From: an uncultured Bifidobacteriaceae bacterium
GTDB taxonomy: Bacteria; Acidobacteriota; Vicinamibacteria; Vicinamibacterales; UBA2999
Length of the DNA: 64,000 bases
Assembly: GCA_964619705.1 (NCBI GenBank)
Contig: CAZUGF010000001.1
Span: 151,811 to 215,810 of the forward strand
Reading direction: 5' to 3'
The notes under the pieces are model-generated. The model was not told the DNA's origin. It saw nothing but the letters and a program-made list of their open reading frames with translations, and searched no databases. Shown piece after piece: positions 27,442 through 36,088 of the stretch (positions are counted from its first letter, which is position 1; each line of letters starts with the position of its first letter). Made by a program: the position numbers and the translations under genes.

Positions 27442-28836
27442 TCAGGATGAGGCGCGCTGCGGCATCCCGAGCGAGATCGTGAACGCGGCCGCCGCGGCAA
27501 CCAGCCCCCACAGGTTCGGGTTCATCCACCCCGTCCGGTCCGTCCCGAAGTGCACCAGCAGCAGCGCCGCCATGCCGGCCGCGATGGCCGCCAGCGCCTC
27601 GCGCGCGCCGGCGCGGGCGGTCAGGAACGCCCCGACGACAGGCACGAAGAGCGCCGCGCCCAGCAGCGAGTAGAAGATGGTCAGCGCGTCGACGACGGTC
27701 GGCAGCATCACCGCGAGGCCCATGCCGGCCACGCCGCCGGAGACGGCCGCGGCCCGGGCGACGAAGAGCACCTGGGATGGCGTGGCGGCGGGGCGCAGGA
27801 AGCGCTGGTAGATGTCCTTGGACCACGACGTCGACAGCATGAACAGGATGGCGTCGCAGGTGCTCACTTCCGCGGAGAAGACCGCCGCCAGCGCCAGGGC
27901 CCCGATCCACGGCTCGAGCTGGTTGAAGAGGACGGCGGGCAGGGCCATCTCGCGGCTGGCGAGGCCGGGGTGGAGCACGGCCGCGGACATCCCGATGAGC
28001 ACCGGCGCGAACGAGAAGATCAGCTGCGCGATGCCGGCCACGGCAATGCCCACGCGCACGGTCCGCGCGCTCCGCGCGCCGTAGACCTTCTGCAGCAGGC
28101 CCGGCGAGACGATGAACCCGGGGCCGAGCAGCAGCAGCAGGGTCCAGCCCGAGAATGCCCCGGAGGAGTAGAGCGGATCCCAGAAGGTCGCCGGCAGCGC
28201 CGCCGCCGCGGCAAACCCGCCCGTGTCGGTCACGCGGGACAGCACGAGCGGCAGCGCGACAGCGAAGCCGCCGAGCAGGACCACGAGTTGGAGGGCGTTC
28301 ACCCAGACGGAGCTCAGGAGCCCGCCGGCGGTGAAGTAGACGGTCATGGCAATGCCGCCGAGCAGGACGCCGGACCAGCGCGGCAGGTCCGCGACGACAC
28401 CCAGGACCTGGGCGCCCGCAATCAACTGGCCGGCCAGGATGGCCAGCGTGCCGGCCCAGATCAGCACGGCGACCACGCCGCGCACGGTCGGGCCGTAGCG
28501 ATCCTCCAGGAAGTCGCCGGCCGTCAGGTAGCCGCGCGCCGATGCCAGGGCCCAGATACGCGGGCCGAGCCAGAAGGCGAGCACCAGCGCCCCGAGCCCG
28601 GCGGCACCGTTCCACCACCAGGCGCTGATGCCGTCGCGGTAGGCCAGGCCGGCCGCGCCAACGGTCGTGCCCGCGCCGATATTGGCGGCGAGGACCGTGG
28701 CCGCGATGAGCGGCCAGGACAGGCGGCGGCCCGCGACGAAGAAGTCCGCCGGGTTTCGGACCAGCCGGCCGATCCACACGCCCGCGAGGGTCAGGCCGAT
28801 TGAGTAGGCAATCAGCAGGATGGTGTGCAGGTTCAC
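27442..28836 (-). CDS. Sodium:solute symporter (SSS) family transporter
   Basis: 464 aa, about 13 TM. N-terminal FFVAGRRLSWPLIAATVLAANIGAGTTVGAAG is typical of the SSS family. Confidence 0.85.
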   Translation of the reverse strand: MNLHTILLIAYSIGLTLAGVWIGRLVRNPADFFVAGRRLSWPLIAATVLAANIGAGTTVGAAGLAYRDGISAWWWNGAAGLGALVLAFWLGPRIWALASARGYLTAGDFLEDRYGPTVRGVVAVLIWAGTLAILAGQLIAGAQVLGVVADLPRWSGVLLGGIAMTVYFTAGGLLSSVWVNALQLVVLLGGFAVALPLVLSRVTDTGGFAAAAALPATFWDPLYSSGAFSGWTLLLLLGPGFIVSPGLLQKVYGARSARTVRVGIAVAGIAQLIFSFAPVLIGMSAAVLHPGLASREMALPAVLFNQLEPWIGALALAAVFSAEVSTCDAILFMLSTSWSKDIYQRFLRPAATPSQVLFVARAAAVSGGVAGMGLAVMLPTVVDALTIFYSLLGAALFVPVVGAFLTARAGAREALAAIAAGMAALLLVHFGTDRTGWMNPNLWGLVAAAAAFTISLGMPQRASS

Positions 28837-28966
28837 GGCCCGCCCAGCTTACGCGATGGGCCGCCCGCCCGGCACCTGCTCCCGACGGTTCGCCCGGCGG
28901 GCCCGTCTGGTTGACAACGGGCGCTGGGGGCGCTGTACTCGGGGCCGTCCCGATTGGAGGTTCGCC

Positions 28967-30364
28967 ATGAGTTTCCCCCGTATCGTCGGTTGCCTCGTGC
29001 TCGTTCCGGTTCTGCTCGCGGGCACGGCCCTCGGCGCTTCGGCCCGGCAGCGTGTGTTCGTCCGCTCCGGTGCGATTGTCGCGGAACTCCACAGCAATCC
29101 CGATCGCGTCGGCCGCCTCCTGCAGGCCTGGGCCGTCCCTTCCGACGTCTCGCAGTCGTCCCGCCGGCTCCTGTCCATGGGGTCCGGGCGCTACCTGGCC
29201 TGGGCCTCCGGTGACAGGCTGGCGTTCTTCGATACCCGCCTCGGCACCGTCGTGGCCGGCCTCACGCTGGCCGGGTCGCCGACGCTCATCGGCACCGACT
29301 CCGAAGGCATGCGCCTCGTGACGGCGTCCACCGACGGCGCGTCCGGCACCGTCACCTTTACCATCGTGGATGGCGCGACGCTGTCCGCGCGCACGATGAC
29401 CACGTCCAGCCAGTGCCTGCGAGGACTCGCCCTGGCCGCCGACGCGGACCTCATGTTCGTCCTCCGCGCGTCGTCGCCCTGCTTCGTCGGGCCGCCGGAC
29501 CAGCAGTGGGTGGAGATCGTCGAGCTGGCGACGGGGACGACGCGCCCCGACACGATTCCCGTGTCCGTCGGCAGCAGCCAGCACATCGCCGTCAACCGCA
29601 CGGGCACGCGCGTGTGGATCAGCACCGCACTTGCCGGCGGGCAGGTCTCACCGGGGTTCGAGGCCTACGACGTGGCCTCGGCGTCCCGGCTGGCCTACAC
29701 CACCGCCATCCGTCCCAACCTGGACGCGACGCTGGAGAGCCCGATGATCGTGGACGACGGCCGGGACCGGCTGCTCGTCGTGACGCCGGACGGCCTCGTC
29801 GGGCTCTCGGGAGATACGCTGCAGCCGCTGGGGAGTGCCGGCGTCCCCGGGCTGCGTCCCGTCATGCCGCTGCCGGTGGGCTACACCTACGCGTTCGGCT
29901 TCGACGTGCTCGCCGGAGCGGAGAGCGACACGGTCTTCGCCTTCGAGCGCACGGGCGCCACCTACAGCTATCATGGCGGGCCGTGCCTGCAGTCCGGGCT
30001 CACCGCGCTGGACGCGGACACGTACGCCGTGCTCGGTACGATCGATCTGGCCGAAGTTGCGGGCGTGCCGATCTGCGACATGGCCGTCGCGATGGCCACG
30101 CCTCCCGCGGTTCCGGCCAACTTCACGGCGGCGGTGAGCGGGCAGGCGGTGACCCTCTCGTGGGATCGTCCGGCCCGGACGACGCACTACGAGGTGGAGG
30201 CGGGGTCGGCGCCGGGACTGCGGGACCTCGCACGCCTCTCGCCGCCCTCCGTGCCGTTCGTCATCGACAACGTGCCGAGCGGGACGTACTACGTCCGTGT
30301 GCGGGCGCTCAACTACGCAGGCAAGGGCGCGTATACCGAGGACCTGACCGTCGTCGTTCCATAG
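28967..30364 (+). CDS. Secreted hypothetical protein, beta-propeller-like body with a C-terminal fibronectin-III-like domain
   Basis: ATG 28967 after GGAGG, and a signal peptide. The C-terminus is PAVPANFTAAVSGQAVTLSWDRPARTTHYEVEAGSAPG...GTYYVRVRALNYAGKG (FN3 pattern). I recognise no catalytic motif. Confidence 0.5.
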   Translation: MSFPRIVGCLVLVPVLLAGTALGASARQRVFVRSGAIVAELHSNPDRVGRLLQAWAVPSDVSQSSRRLLSMGSGRYLAWASGDRLAFFDTRLGTVVAGLTLAGSPTLIGTDSEGMRLVTASTDGASGTVTFTIVDGATLSARTMTTSSQCLRGLALAADADLMFVLRASSPCFVGPPDQQWVEIVELATGTTRPDTIPVSVGSSQHIAVNRTGTRVWISTALAGGQVSPGFEAYDVASASRLAYTTAIRPNLDATLESPMIVDDGRDRLLVVTPDGLVGLSGDTLQPLGSAGVPGLRPVMPLPVGYTYAFGFDVLAGAESDTVFAFERTGATYSYHGGPCLQSGLTALDADTYAVLGTIDLAEVAGVPICDMAVAMATPPAVPANFTAAVSGQAVTLSWDRPARTTHYEVEAGSAPGLRDLARLSPPSVPFVIDNVPSGTYYVRVRALNYAGKGAYTEDLTVVVP

Positions 30365-30430
30365 CGCGGGTATGTGCGGAGCGCGCGGTTGCGGCAGGCG
30401 AGCCGCCGCCATGAGCCGGAGGGATCGGAC

Positions 30431-31681
30431 ATGAGACGTGTCGCAAGCCTGATCGCCATGCTGGTCCTGGCCGCTGCCGTGGTGCACGGCGGGCAGGAGG
30501 CAGCTACCCGGATCGATCCCGAGCGCCTTACCCGGCTCGCGCGCGTGCTCGAGGAGTACGTGCGCGAGGACCGCATTCCCGGCGCCGTGGCGCTCGTGCT
30601 CCAGGGCGGCCGAACGGTGTTCGAGCGGGCCGTCGGCTGGCGGGACAAGGAGGCGGGCGCGCCGATGTCCGTGGACACGATCTTCCGGATCGCGTCGCAG
30701 ACGAAGGCCATCACCAGCGTCGCCGCCCTGATGCTGGTCGAGGAGGGAAAGGTCGGCCTCGGCGATCCGGTCAGCCGCTATATCCCCGAGTACGCGAAGA
30801 CGACCGTCGCGGAGACAAAGGACGGCGTTGTCACGGTCGTGCCGGCCGCGCGCGCCATCACCGTTCGCGACCTGTTGACGCACACGTCCGGCATCTCGTA
30901 CGGGACGGGCGCCGCCGTGGCGGCGCAATACGAGGCGCGCGGGCTCGGGCCGGCCGCCGGCTTCGGGTGGTACACCGCGGACAAGACCGAGCCGGTGTGC
31001 GACACGATGGCGCGGCTGGCGTCCCTGCCGTTCGCCGCCCAGCCCGGCGAAGCGTGGGTCTACGGCTACAGCACGGACATCCTGGGCTGCCTCGTCGAGC
31101 GGGCCTCCGGCGTGGCGCTCGATGTCTTCTTCCGCACGCGGATCACCGGGCCGCTCGGGATGGCGGACACGCATTTCTTCCTGCCGGCGGCGGATCGGGA
31201 TCGGCTGGCCGTCGTCTACGCCAGCGGGCCGCAGGGGACGATCGTGCGCGCGCCGGACGGCGCCCGGGGACAGGGGCACTACGTGGACGGCCCGCGCACG
31301 AGCTTTGCGGGCGGGGCGGGCCTGGTGTCCACGGCGCGCGATTACGCGCGGTTCCTGGAGATGGTGCGGAACGGTGGTGCGCTCGGCGATGTGCGCCTGC
31401 TCTCGCCGCGCACCGTGTCGCTGCTGACGAGCAACCAGTCCGGGACGCTGCACTCGCCAGCGGGGCTCGGCTGGAGCCTGGCCTTCGAGACAACGGAGCG
31501 CGTCGGCGGCAACGGCCTCGAGCCGGCCGGGGCGTACGGGTGGGGTGGGGCGTACGGATCGATCTATCGCGTCGATCCGGTCGACGATCTCGTGCTGGTC
31601 ATGATGATGCAGGTCATCCCCAACACGACCGACATCCGGCAGAAGTTCCAGACGCTCGTGTACCAGGCCCTCGTGCCGTGA
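30431..31681 (+). CDS. Serine hydrolase, class C beta-lactamase/esterase family
   Basis: Signal peptide. SxxK active-site motif FRIASQTKAITS, a YxN-region and C-terminal WGGAYGS. Confidence 0.85.
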   Translation: MRRVASLIAMLVLAAAVVHGGQEAATRIDPERLTRLARVLEEYVREDRIPGAVALVLQGGRTVFERAVGWRDKEAGAPMSVDTIFRIASQTKAITSVAALMLVEEGKVGLGDPVSRYIPEYAKTTVAETKDGVVTVVPAARAITVRDLLTHTSGISYGTGAAVAAQYEARGLGPAAGFGWYTADKTEPVCDTMARLASLPFAAQPGEAWVYGYSTDILGCLVERASGVALDVFFRTRITGPLGMADTHFFLPAADRDRLAVVYASGPQGTIVRAPDGARGQGHYVDGPRTSFAGGAGLVSTARDYARFLEMVRNGGALGDVRLLSPRTVSLLTSNQSGTLHSPAGLGWSLAFETTERVGGNGLEPAGAYGWGGAYGSIYRVDPVDDLVLVMMMQVIPNTTDIRQKFQTLVYQALVP

Positions 31682-31687
31682 GGGGAT

Positions 31688-31911
31688 GCGTCTCCTGCGC
31701 ACGTAGGGCGGACGATGTTGGCCAGGCGCGCGAGCGACGTCGCGGCAGGCGTCCCCTGCGCACGTAGGGCGGACCCACTGCGCAGACTGCGCCGCCACCG
31801 AGACGAGGGGCGTCCCTGCACACGTAGGGCGGACCTGACCACGTCCGGAACACGTCGTCCTGCGTGAACGCGGGCGTCCCTGCGCACGTAGGGCGGACCT
31901 TCAGGTCCGCC
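31688..31911. repeat. Array of four 25-26-nt direct repeats (period 61/61/64 nt) separated by unique 35-39-nt segments. The last copy runs into a REP-type hairpin.
   Basis: Repeats lie at 31688-31713, 31749-31774, 31810-31834 and 31874-31898 (consensus GCGTCCCCTGCGCACGTAGGGCGGAC). The hairpin GGCGGACC-TTCA-GGTCCGCC lies at 31892-31911. Confidence 0.8.
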
Positions 31912-32006
31912 TACCCGTCGTGTCGACCGTGACACAGGTGTGACCGTGGCCGCGCTGCAGGCATGCGGAGCGGGGCCGCTGCCCCGCCCCACGCGTGTCG
32001 TGCGTG

Positions 32007-32663
32007 CTACCTGGCCGCGAAGCAGTAGAAGTAGCCGTTGCCGCCGGTGGCGATGAGGTTCGCCTGGCTGCAGCCCTTCGAGGCGTGCGCGTTGTTCCAG
32101 GACGTCGGGTTGGCGCCGCCGCCCTGACGGTCGTGGTGCCCGACCTGTGCCGAGCCCGTGTCGGCGCTCGTCCAGTTGTTGCAGGTGTGATCCTCACCGG
32201 CGGGGAAGGTGGTTCCGTCGAGATTGGATCCCGTCAGGAGATCGTGCTGGTTCGGCGTGTCGCCGCGGCCGTTGACGACGGTGCCCTTCTCGGTGAGTTG
32301 GGTCTCCTTCGTCAGGTTGTTGTTGTCCGAGTGCAGGTCCGCCACGCTGGCTGCAATCTGCACGCCCTTCGCGTTGAACCACGGGCCCGTCCCGATGCGA
32401 TCCTTCGCGTTCACGGCGCCCTCGCCCTGCGTGCTGAGGTACGCGCGCCACTCCTTGTCGCCGACGCCCGCGGCCTTTGCCAGGGTCTGGCAGTGTGCGT
32501 CGGCACCCGCCAGGCCGCCGAGGTTCGCGCCGTTCCCGGAGCCCACGCTCGTGATGAAGAAGCTCATCTGTGGGCTCGCCTGCGTGCCCTGCGCGCGGAC
32601 CAGGTGCGCGCCCATGGCGACCACCATTGCTGTCGTCACTGCGTATGCCATCATCTGCTTCAC
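32007..32663 (-). CDS. Secreted hypothetical protein with endostatin/C-type-lectin-like Cys pattern (DUF1554-like)
   Basis: GTG start preceded by AAGGAGAG, and a signal peptide. GGLAGADAHCQTLAKAAGVGDKEWRAYLST resembles the collagen XVIII endostatin segment [25 protein letters not shown]. Four Cys occur in the same order. Confidence 0.5.
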   Translation of the reverse strand: MKQMMAYAVTTAMVVAMGAHLVRAQGTQASPQMSFFITSVGSGNGANLGGLAGADAHCQTLAKAAGVGDKEWRAYLSTQGEGAVNAKDRIGTGPWFNAKGVQIAASVADLHSDNNNLTKETQLTEKGTVVNGRGDTPNQHDLLTGSNLDGTTFPAGEDHTCNNWTSADTGSAQVGHHDRQGGGANPTSWNNAHASKGCSQANLIATGGNGYFYCFAAR

Positions 32664-32789
32664 GGTAGCTCTCCTTTGTCGCGATCGCTCGAAGTGAGGG
32701 ATTGTAGATCAGGAGGCCGCCTGCGGCTGACCGTGCGTGCGGCGCGGCACGCCGCGGCAGATCCACCTCAGCCGCTATGATTTCCACCG

Positions 32790-34214
32790 ATGACCCCAGA
32801 TCAGTTCCGCGCCCACGGCCATGCCATCGTCGATCTCATCGCCGACTACCGTGCCCGGGTGGAGGAGCGGCCCGTGCGATCGCCGCTCGCACCCGGCGAC
32901 GTGAAGCGGTGGCTGCCGGACGCGCCGCCGGAGCAGCCGGAGTCCTTTGACGAGGTGATCCGGGACGTCGAGCGGCTCATCCTGCCGGGGCTGACCCACT
33001 GGCAGCACCCGCGGTTCTTCGGGTACTTTCCCTGCAACGGGTCGCTCTCGAGCGTGCTCGGCGACTTCCTGAGCACCGGCCTCGGCCAGCTCGGCCTCTC
33101 GTGGCAGTCGAGCCCCGCGTTGAGCGAGGTGGAAGAGGTGGCGACCGGCTGGCTGCGGCAGATGGTCGGCCTCTCGGACGCGTGGGACGGCGTCATCCAG
33201 GACACCGCGTCCACGAGCACGCTGCTGGCGCTGCTCTGCGCGCGGGAGCGTGTGACGGCCTACGGCCTCGCACGCGGAGGGCTGCAGGCCGAGCCGCGGC
33301 CGCTCGTCGTCTACACGTCCGCGCACAGCCACAGCTCCGTGGACAAGGCGGCCCTGCTGGCGGGGTTCGGGCGGGACAACATCCGCCACGTCGCGCACGA
33401 CGCCGCGTACTCCATGCGTCCCGATGCGCTCTCCGCAGCGATCGACGCGGACGTGTCCGAGGGGCGGACGCCAGCCGCTGTCGTGGCGACCACCGGATCG
33501 ACGACGACCACCGCGATGGATCCCATCGGGGCCATCGCCGAGGTGACGCGCGCGCGCGGCATCTGGCTGCACGTGGACGCTGCGATGGCCGGCTCCGCGA
33601 TGGTGCTGCCGGAGTGCCGCCCGCTGTGGGACGGCGTCGAGCACGCGGACTCGCTCGTCCTCAACCCGCACAAGTGGCTGGGTGCGGCGTTCGACTGCTC
33701 GACGTACTACGTCAGGGACGCGGAACACCTGGTGCGCGTGATGTCCACCAACCCGAGCTACCTCCAGTCCTCGGTCGACGATCGCGTCAGGAACTACCGC
33801 GACTGGGGCATCCCGCTGGGCCGCCGCTTCCGCGCCCTCAAGCTGTGGTGCCTGATACGGGAACAGGGCGTGGCCGGCCTGCAGGCCCGGCTGCGCCGCG
33901 ACCTGGAGAATGCCCGGTGGCTGGCGGACGAGATCCGCACCGCGCCGGACTGGCGCGTGCTCGCGCCCGTGCCGCTGCAGACGCTCTGCGTGCGGCACGA
34001 GCCGCCCGACCTGGCCGGCGAGGATCTCGACCGTCATACGCAGGCATGGTGTGAGGCGATCAACCAGTCCGGCGCGGCCTACCTGACGCCGGCTGTCCTC
34101 GACGGCCGCTGGATGGTGCGGGTTTCCGTGGGAAGCGAGCTCACCGAACGAGCGCACGTCGAGCAGCTCTGGACCCTGATGCAGCAGGCCGCCACGCGCC
34201 AGCCCGCTTCGTGA
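32790..34214 (+). CDS. Pyridoxal-dependent aromatic-L-amino-acid (group II) decarboxylase
   Basis: HWQHPRFFGYFP, DTASTSTL and the PLP-lysine motif SLVLNPHKWLGAAFDCS. Confidence 0.88.
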   Translation: MTPDQFRAHGHAIVDLIADYRARVEERPVRSPLAPGDVKRWLPDAPPEQPESFDEVIRDVERLILPGLTHWQHPRFFGYFPCNGSLSSVLGDFLSTGLGQLGLSWQSSPALSEVEEVATGWLRQMVGLSDAWDGVIQDTASTSTLLALLCARERVTAYGLARGGLQAEPRPLVVYTSAHSHSSVDKAALLAGFGRDNIRHVAHDAAYSMRPDALSAAIDADVSEGRTPAAVVATTGSTTTTAMDPIGAIAEVTRARGIWLHVDAAMAGSAMVLPECRPLWDGVEHADSLVLNPHKWLGAAFDCSTYYVRDAEHLVRVMSTNPSYLQSSVDDRVRNYRDWGIPLGRRFRALKLWCLIREQGVAGLQARLRRDLENARWLADEIRTAPDWRVLAPVPLQTLCVRHEPPDLAGEDLDRHTQAWCEAINQSGAAYLTPAVLDGRWMVRVSVGSELTERAHVEQLWTLMQQAATRQPAS

Positions 34215-34239
34215 GCGAGCGCACCGTACGGGCCGCAGG

Positions 34240-34257
34240 GCGGAACTTCAGTTCCGC
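34240..34257. repeat. REP-like hairpin GCGGAAC-TTCA-GTTCCGC
   Basis: 7-bp stem with a TTCA loop, preceded by GCAGG as in the copy at 7261. Confidence 0.6.
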
Positions 34258-34270
34258 ACTCGAGCGGGCT

Positions 34271-34297
34271 GTAGGGCGGAGTATCAGTTCCGTCCCT
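34271..34297. repeat. Degenerate REP-like copy (GTAGGGCGGAGTATCAGTTCCGTCCC)
   Basis: It shares the GTAGGGCGGA left arm and the ..TCAG.. loop, but the right arm is imperfect. Confidence 0.45.
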
Positions 34298-34360
34298 ATG
34301 GTGTGAGGGGAGATTGATGCCGTACGTGAAGTCCTCGCCGATCGGAGAGGAAAAGCAACG

Positions 34361-34410
34361 CCTCCGAGTATCGAAGCGCCCTCGAACGCAACCCCTGCAA
34401 TACTCGGAGG
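34361..34410. other. 11-bp perfect inverted repeat CCTCCGAGTAT-28 nt-ATACTCGGAGG inside a low-GC non-coding island
   Basis: Seen directly in the sequence. It lies in the 487-nt gap between the decarboxylase and gabD. Confidence 0.5.
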
Positions 34411-34701
34411 CTTCTGGTCCAGCGAGTCACCCATCCGACGATGGGCGGCAAGCCTAGTGTTGTCCAGCGGTGCGGACCGACTGAAGGTTGATCGCGCAGA
34501 GGCCGCGTTCGCCGACATCACAATACATCTGCCAGGAAAGGTCCTGCATGTGTAGAGGCCGGTAACGATCGGCTGGAAGGCGCATGCGACCTGGAGGTTG
34601 ATACCATAAGTCGAATCCTCATCTTGGGCGATCTGGATGCCGTTCGGATTTCGCCGCGGCCCGCCGCTGCGAGCTGCCGTGATGGTCGAGGAAGGAGACC
34701 G

Positions 34702-36078
34702 ATGAGTTCTTTCGCAGTCATGAATCCCGCCACGGGCACCGCCGTGGCGGACGTGCCGGACAATGGTCCGGCGGAGGCGCGCGAGGCGGCGGCACGTGCC
34801 GTCGCGGCGTTCGGCGCGTGGAAGGCAACGACCGCCTACGAGCGGTCGGCCATCCTCGAGGCGTGGACCGCCGCCATCCTCGCGCACGATGACGAGCTGG
34901 CCCGGCTCATGGCGCAGGAGATGGGGAAGCCCATTGTCGAGGGCCGTGGGGAAGTGCGCTACGCGGCCGCCTTCGTCAAGTGGTACGCCGAGGAAGCCAA
35001 GCGCGTCTACGGCGAGACCGTGCCGAGCCAGTTCGCGCACAAGCGGCTGTTCGTGCAGCCGCGCCCTGTCGGGCCCGTCTACGCCGTGACGCCGTGGAAC
35101 TTCCCGGCCGCCATGATCACGCGCAAGGCCGCGCCGGCCCTGGCCGCCGGCTGCTCCGTAATCGTGAAGCCTGCGGAGCAGTCGCCGCTGACCGCGATCC
35201 GCCTGGGCGAGCTCTGGATCGATGCCGGCGGGCCGGCGGATGTCTTCCAGGTACTGCCGACCTCGGAGCCGGCCGCGCTGTCCCGCGTGTTCTTCGAGGA
35301 TCCCGCCATCCGCAAGCTGAGCTTCACCGGCAGCACGGCCGTGGGCATCGAACTCGCGGCGCTTGCCGCGAAGACGGTCAAGCGCGTCTCGTTGGAGCTC
35401 GGCGGGCACGCGCCCTTCCTGGTTTTCGCGGATGCGGATGTCGACGCCGCTGTCCGCCAGGTTGCCGCGGCGAAGTTCCGGAACGCCGGGCAGACGTGCG
35501 TCTGTGCCAATCGCATCTACGTGCACGACCGCATCCATGACGCGTTCGTCTCGCGCTTCAGCGCGCTCGTCTCCAGGCTCCGCGTCGGCGATCCGCTGGA
35601 CGAGGCCACTCAGATCGGCCCGCTCGTCGACGCGCAGGGCCTGGACAAGGTCCGCGCGCATGTGGACGATGCCCGCGCAAAGGGCGCGCACGCCGAGGTC
35701 GGCGGCGGGACACGCGGCGGGCTCTACTTCGATCCGACGGTCCTCACCGGCGTTGCACGCGGCATGCGCATCCTGGACGAGGAAACGTTCGGTCCCGTCG
35801 CCCCCATCATCCGCTTCACGGACGACGACGAGGCCGTGCGCATGGCGAACGATACGCCCTTCGGGTTGGCCGCGTACCTCTGGACCCGCGACCTCTCTCG
35901 CGCGTTCCACGTGGCCGAGGCGCTGGACTACGGCATCGTCGGCGTGAACGACGGCATGCCGTCGGTGGCCCAGGCGCCGTTCGGCGGCATCAAGGCGTCG
36001 GGGCTCGGCCGCGAGGGCGGCAAGTGGGGCATCGAGGAGTACCTGGACCTCAAGTACATCTCGATTGCCCTCGGGTGA
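34702..36078 (+). CDS. gabD: NAD(P)-dependent succinate-semialdehyde dehydrogenase (aldehyde dehydrogenase family)
   Basis: ATG 34702 after GAAGGAG. VTPWNFP, FTGSTAVG, the catalytic LELGGHAP and NAGQTCVCANR motifs, and GGIKASGLGREG. Confidence 0.88.
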   Translation: MSSFAVMNPATGTAVADVPDNGPAEAREAAARAVAAFGAWKATTAYERSAILEAWTAAILAHDDELARLMAQEMGKPIVEGRGEVRYAAAFVKWYAEEAKRVYGETVPSQFAHKRLFVQPRPVGPVYAVTPWNFPAAMITRKAAPALAAGCSVIVKPAEQSPLTAIRLGELWIDAGGPADVFQVLPTSEPAALSRVFFEDPAIRKLSFTGSTAVGIELAALAAKTVKRVSLELGGHAPFLVFADADVDAAVRQVAAAKFRNAGQTCVCANRIYVHDRIHDAFVSRFSALVSRLRVGDPLDEATQIGPLVDAQGLDKVRAHVDDARAKGAHAEVGGGTRGGLYFDPTVLTGVARGMRILDEETFGPVAPIIRFTDDDEAVRMANDTPFGLAAYLWTRDLSRAFHVAEALDYGIVGVNDGMPSVAQAPFGGIKASGLGREGGKWGIEEYLDLKYISIALG

Positions 36079-36088
36079 CGGCCGGGGC

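Noticed and set aside
31688-31911. Labelling the four-repeat array as a bona fide CRISPR feature
   Set aside because: There are only four imperfect 25-26-nt copies and no cas genes in 64 kb. The repeat's 3' end is shared with a dispersed REP-like hairpin. It is kept as 'repeat' and flagged as a finding instead.
34336-34400. Possible glycine-riboswitch-like GGAGAG...CCTCCG segment upstream of gabD
   Set aside because: Only the GGAGAG start resembles the aptamer. The conserved ACCGAAGGGGCAA-type core and the tandem architecture are absent.
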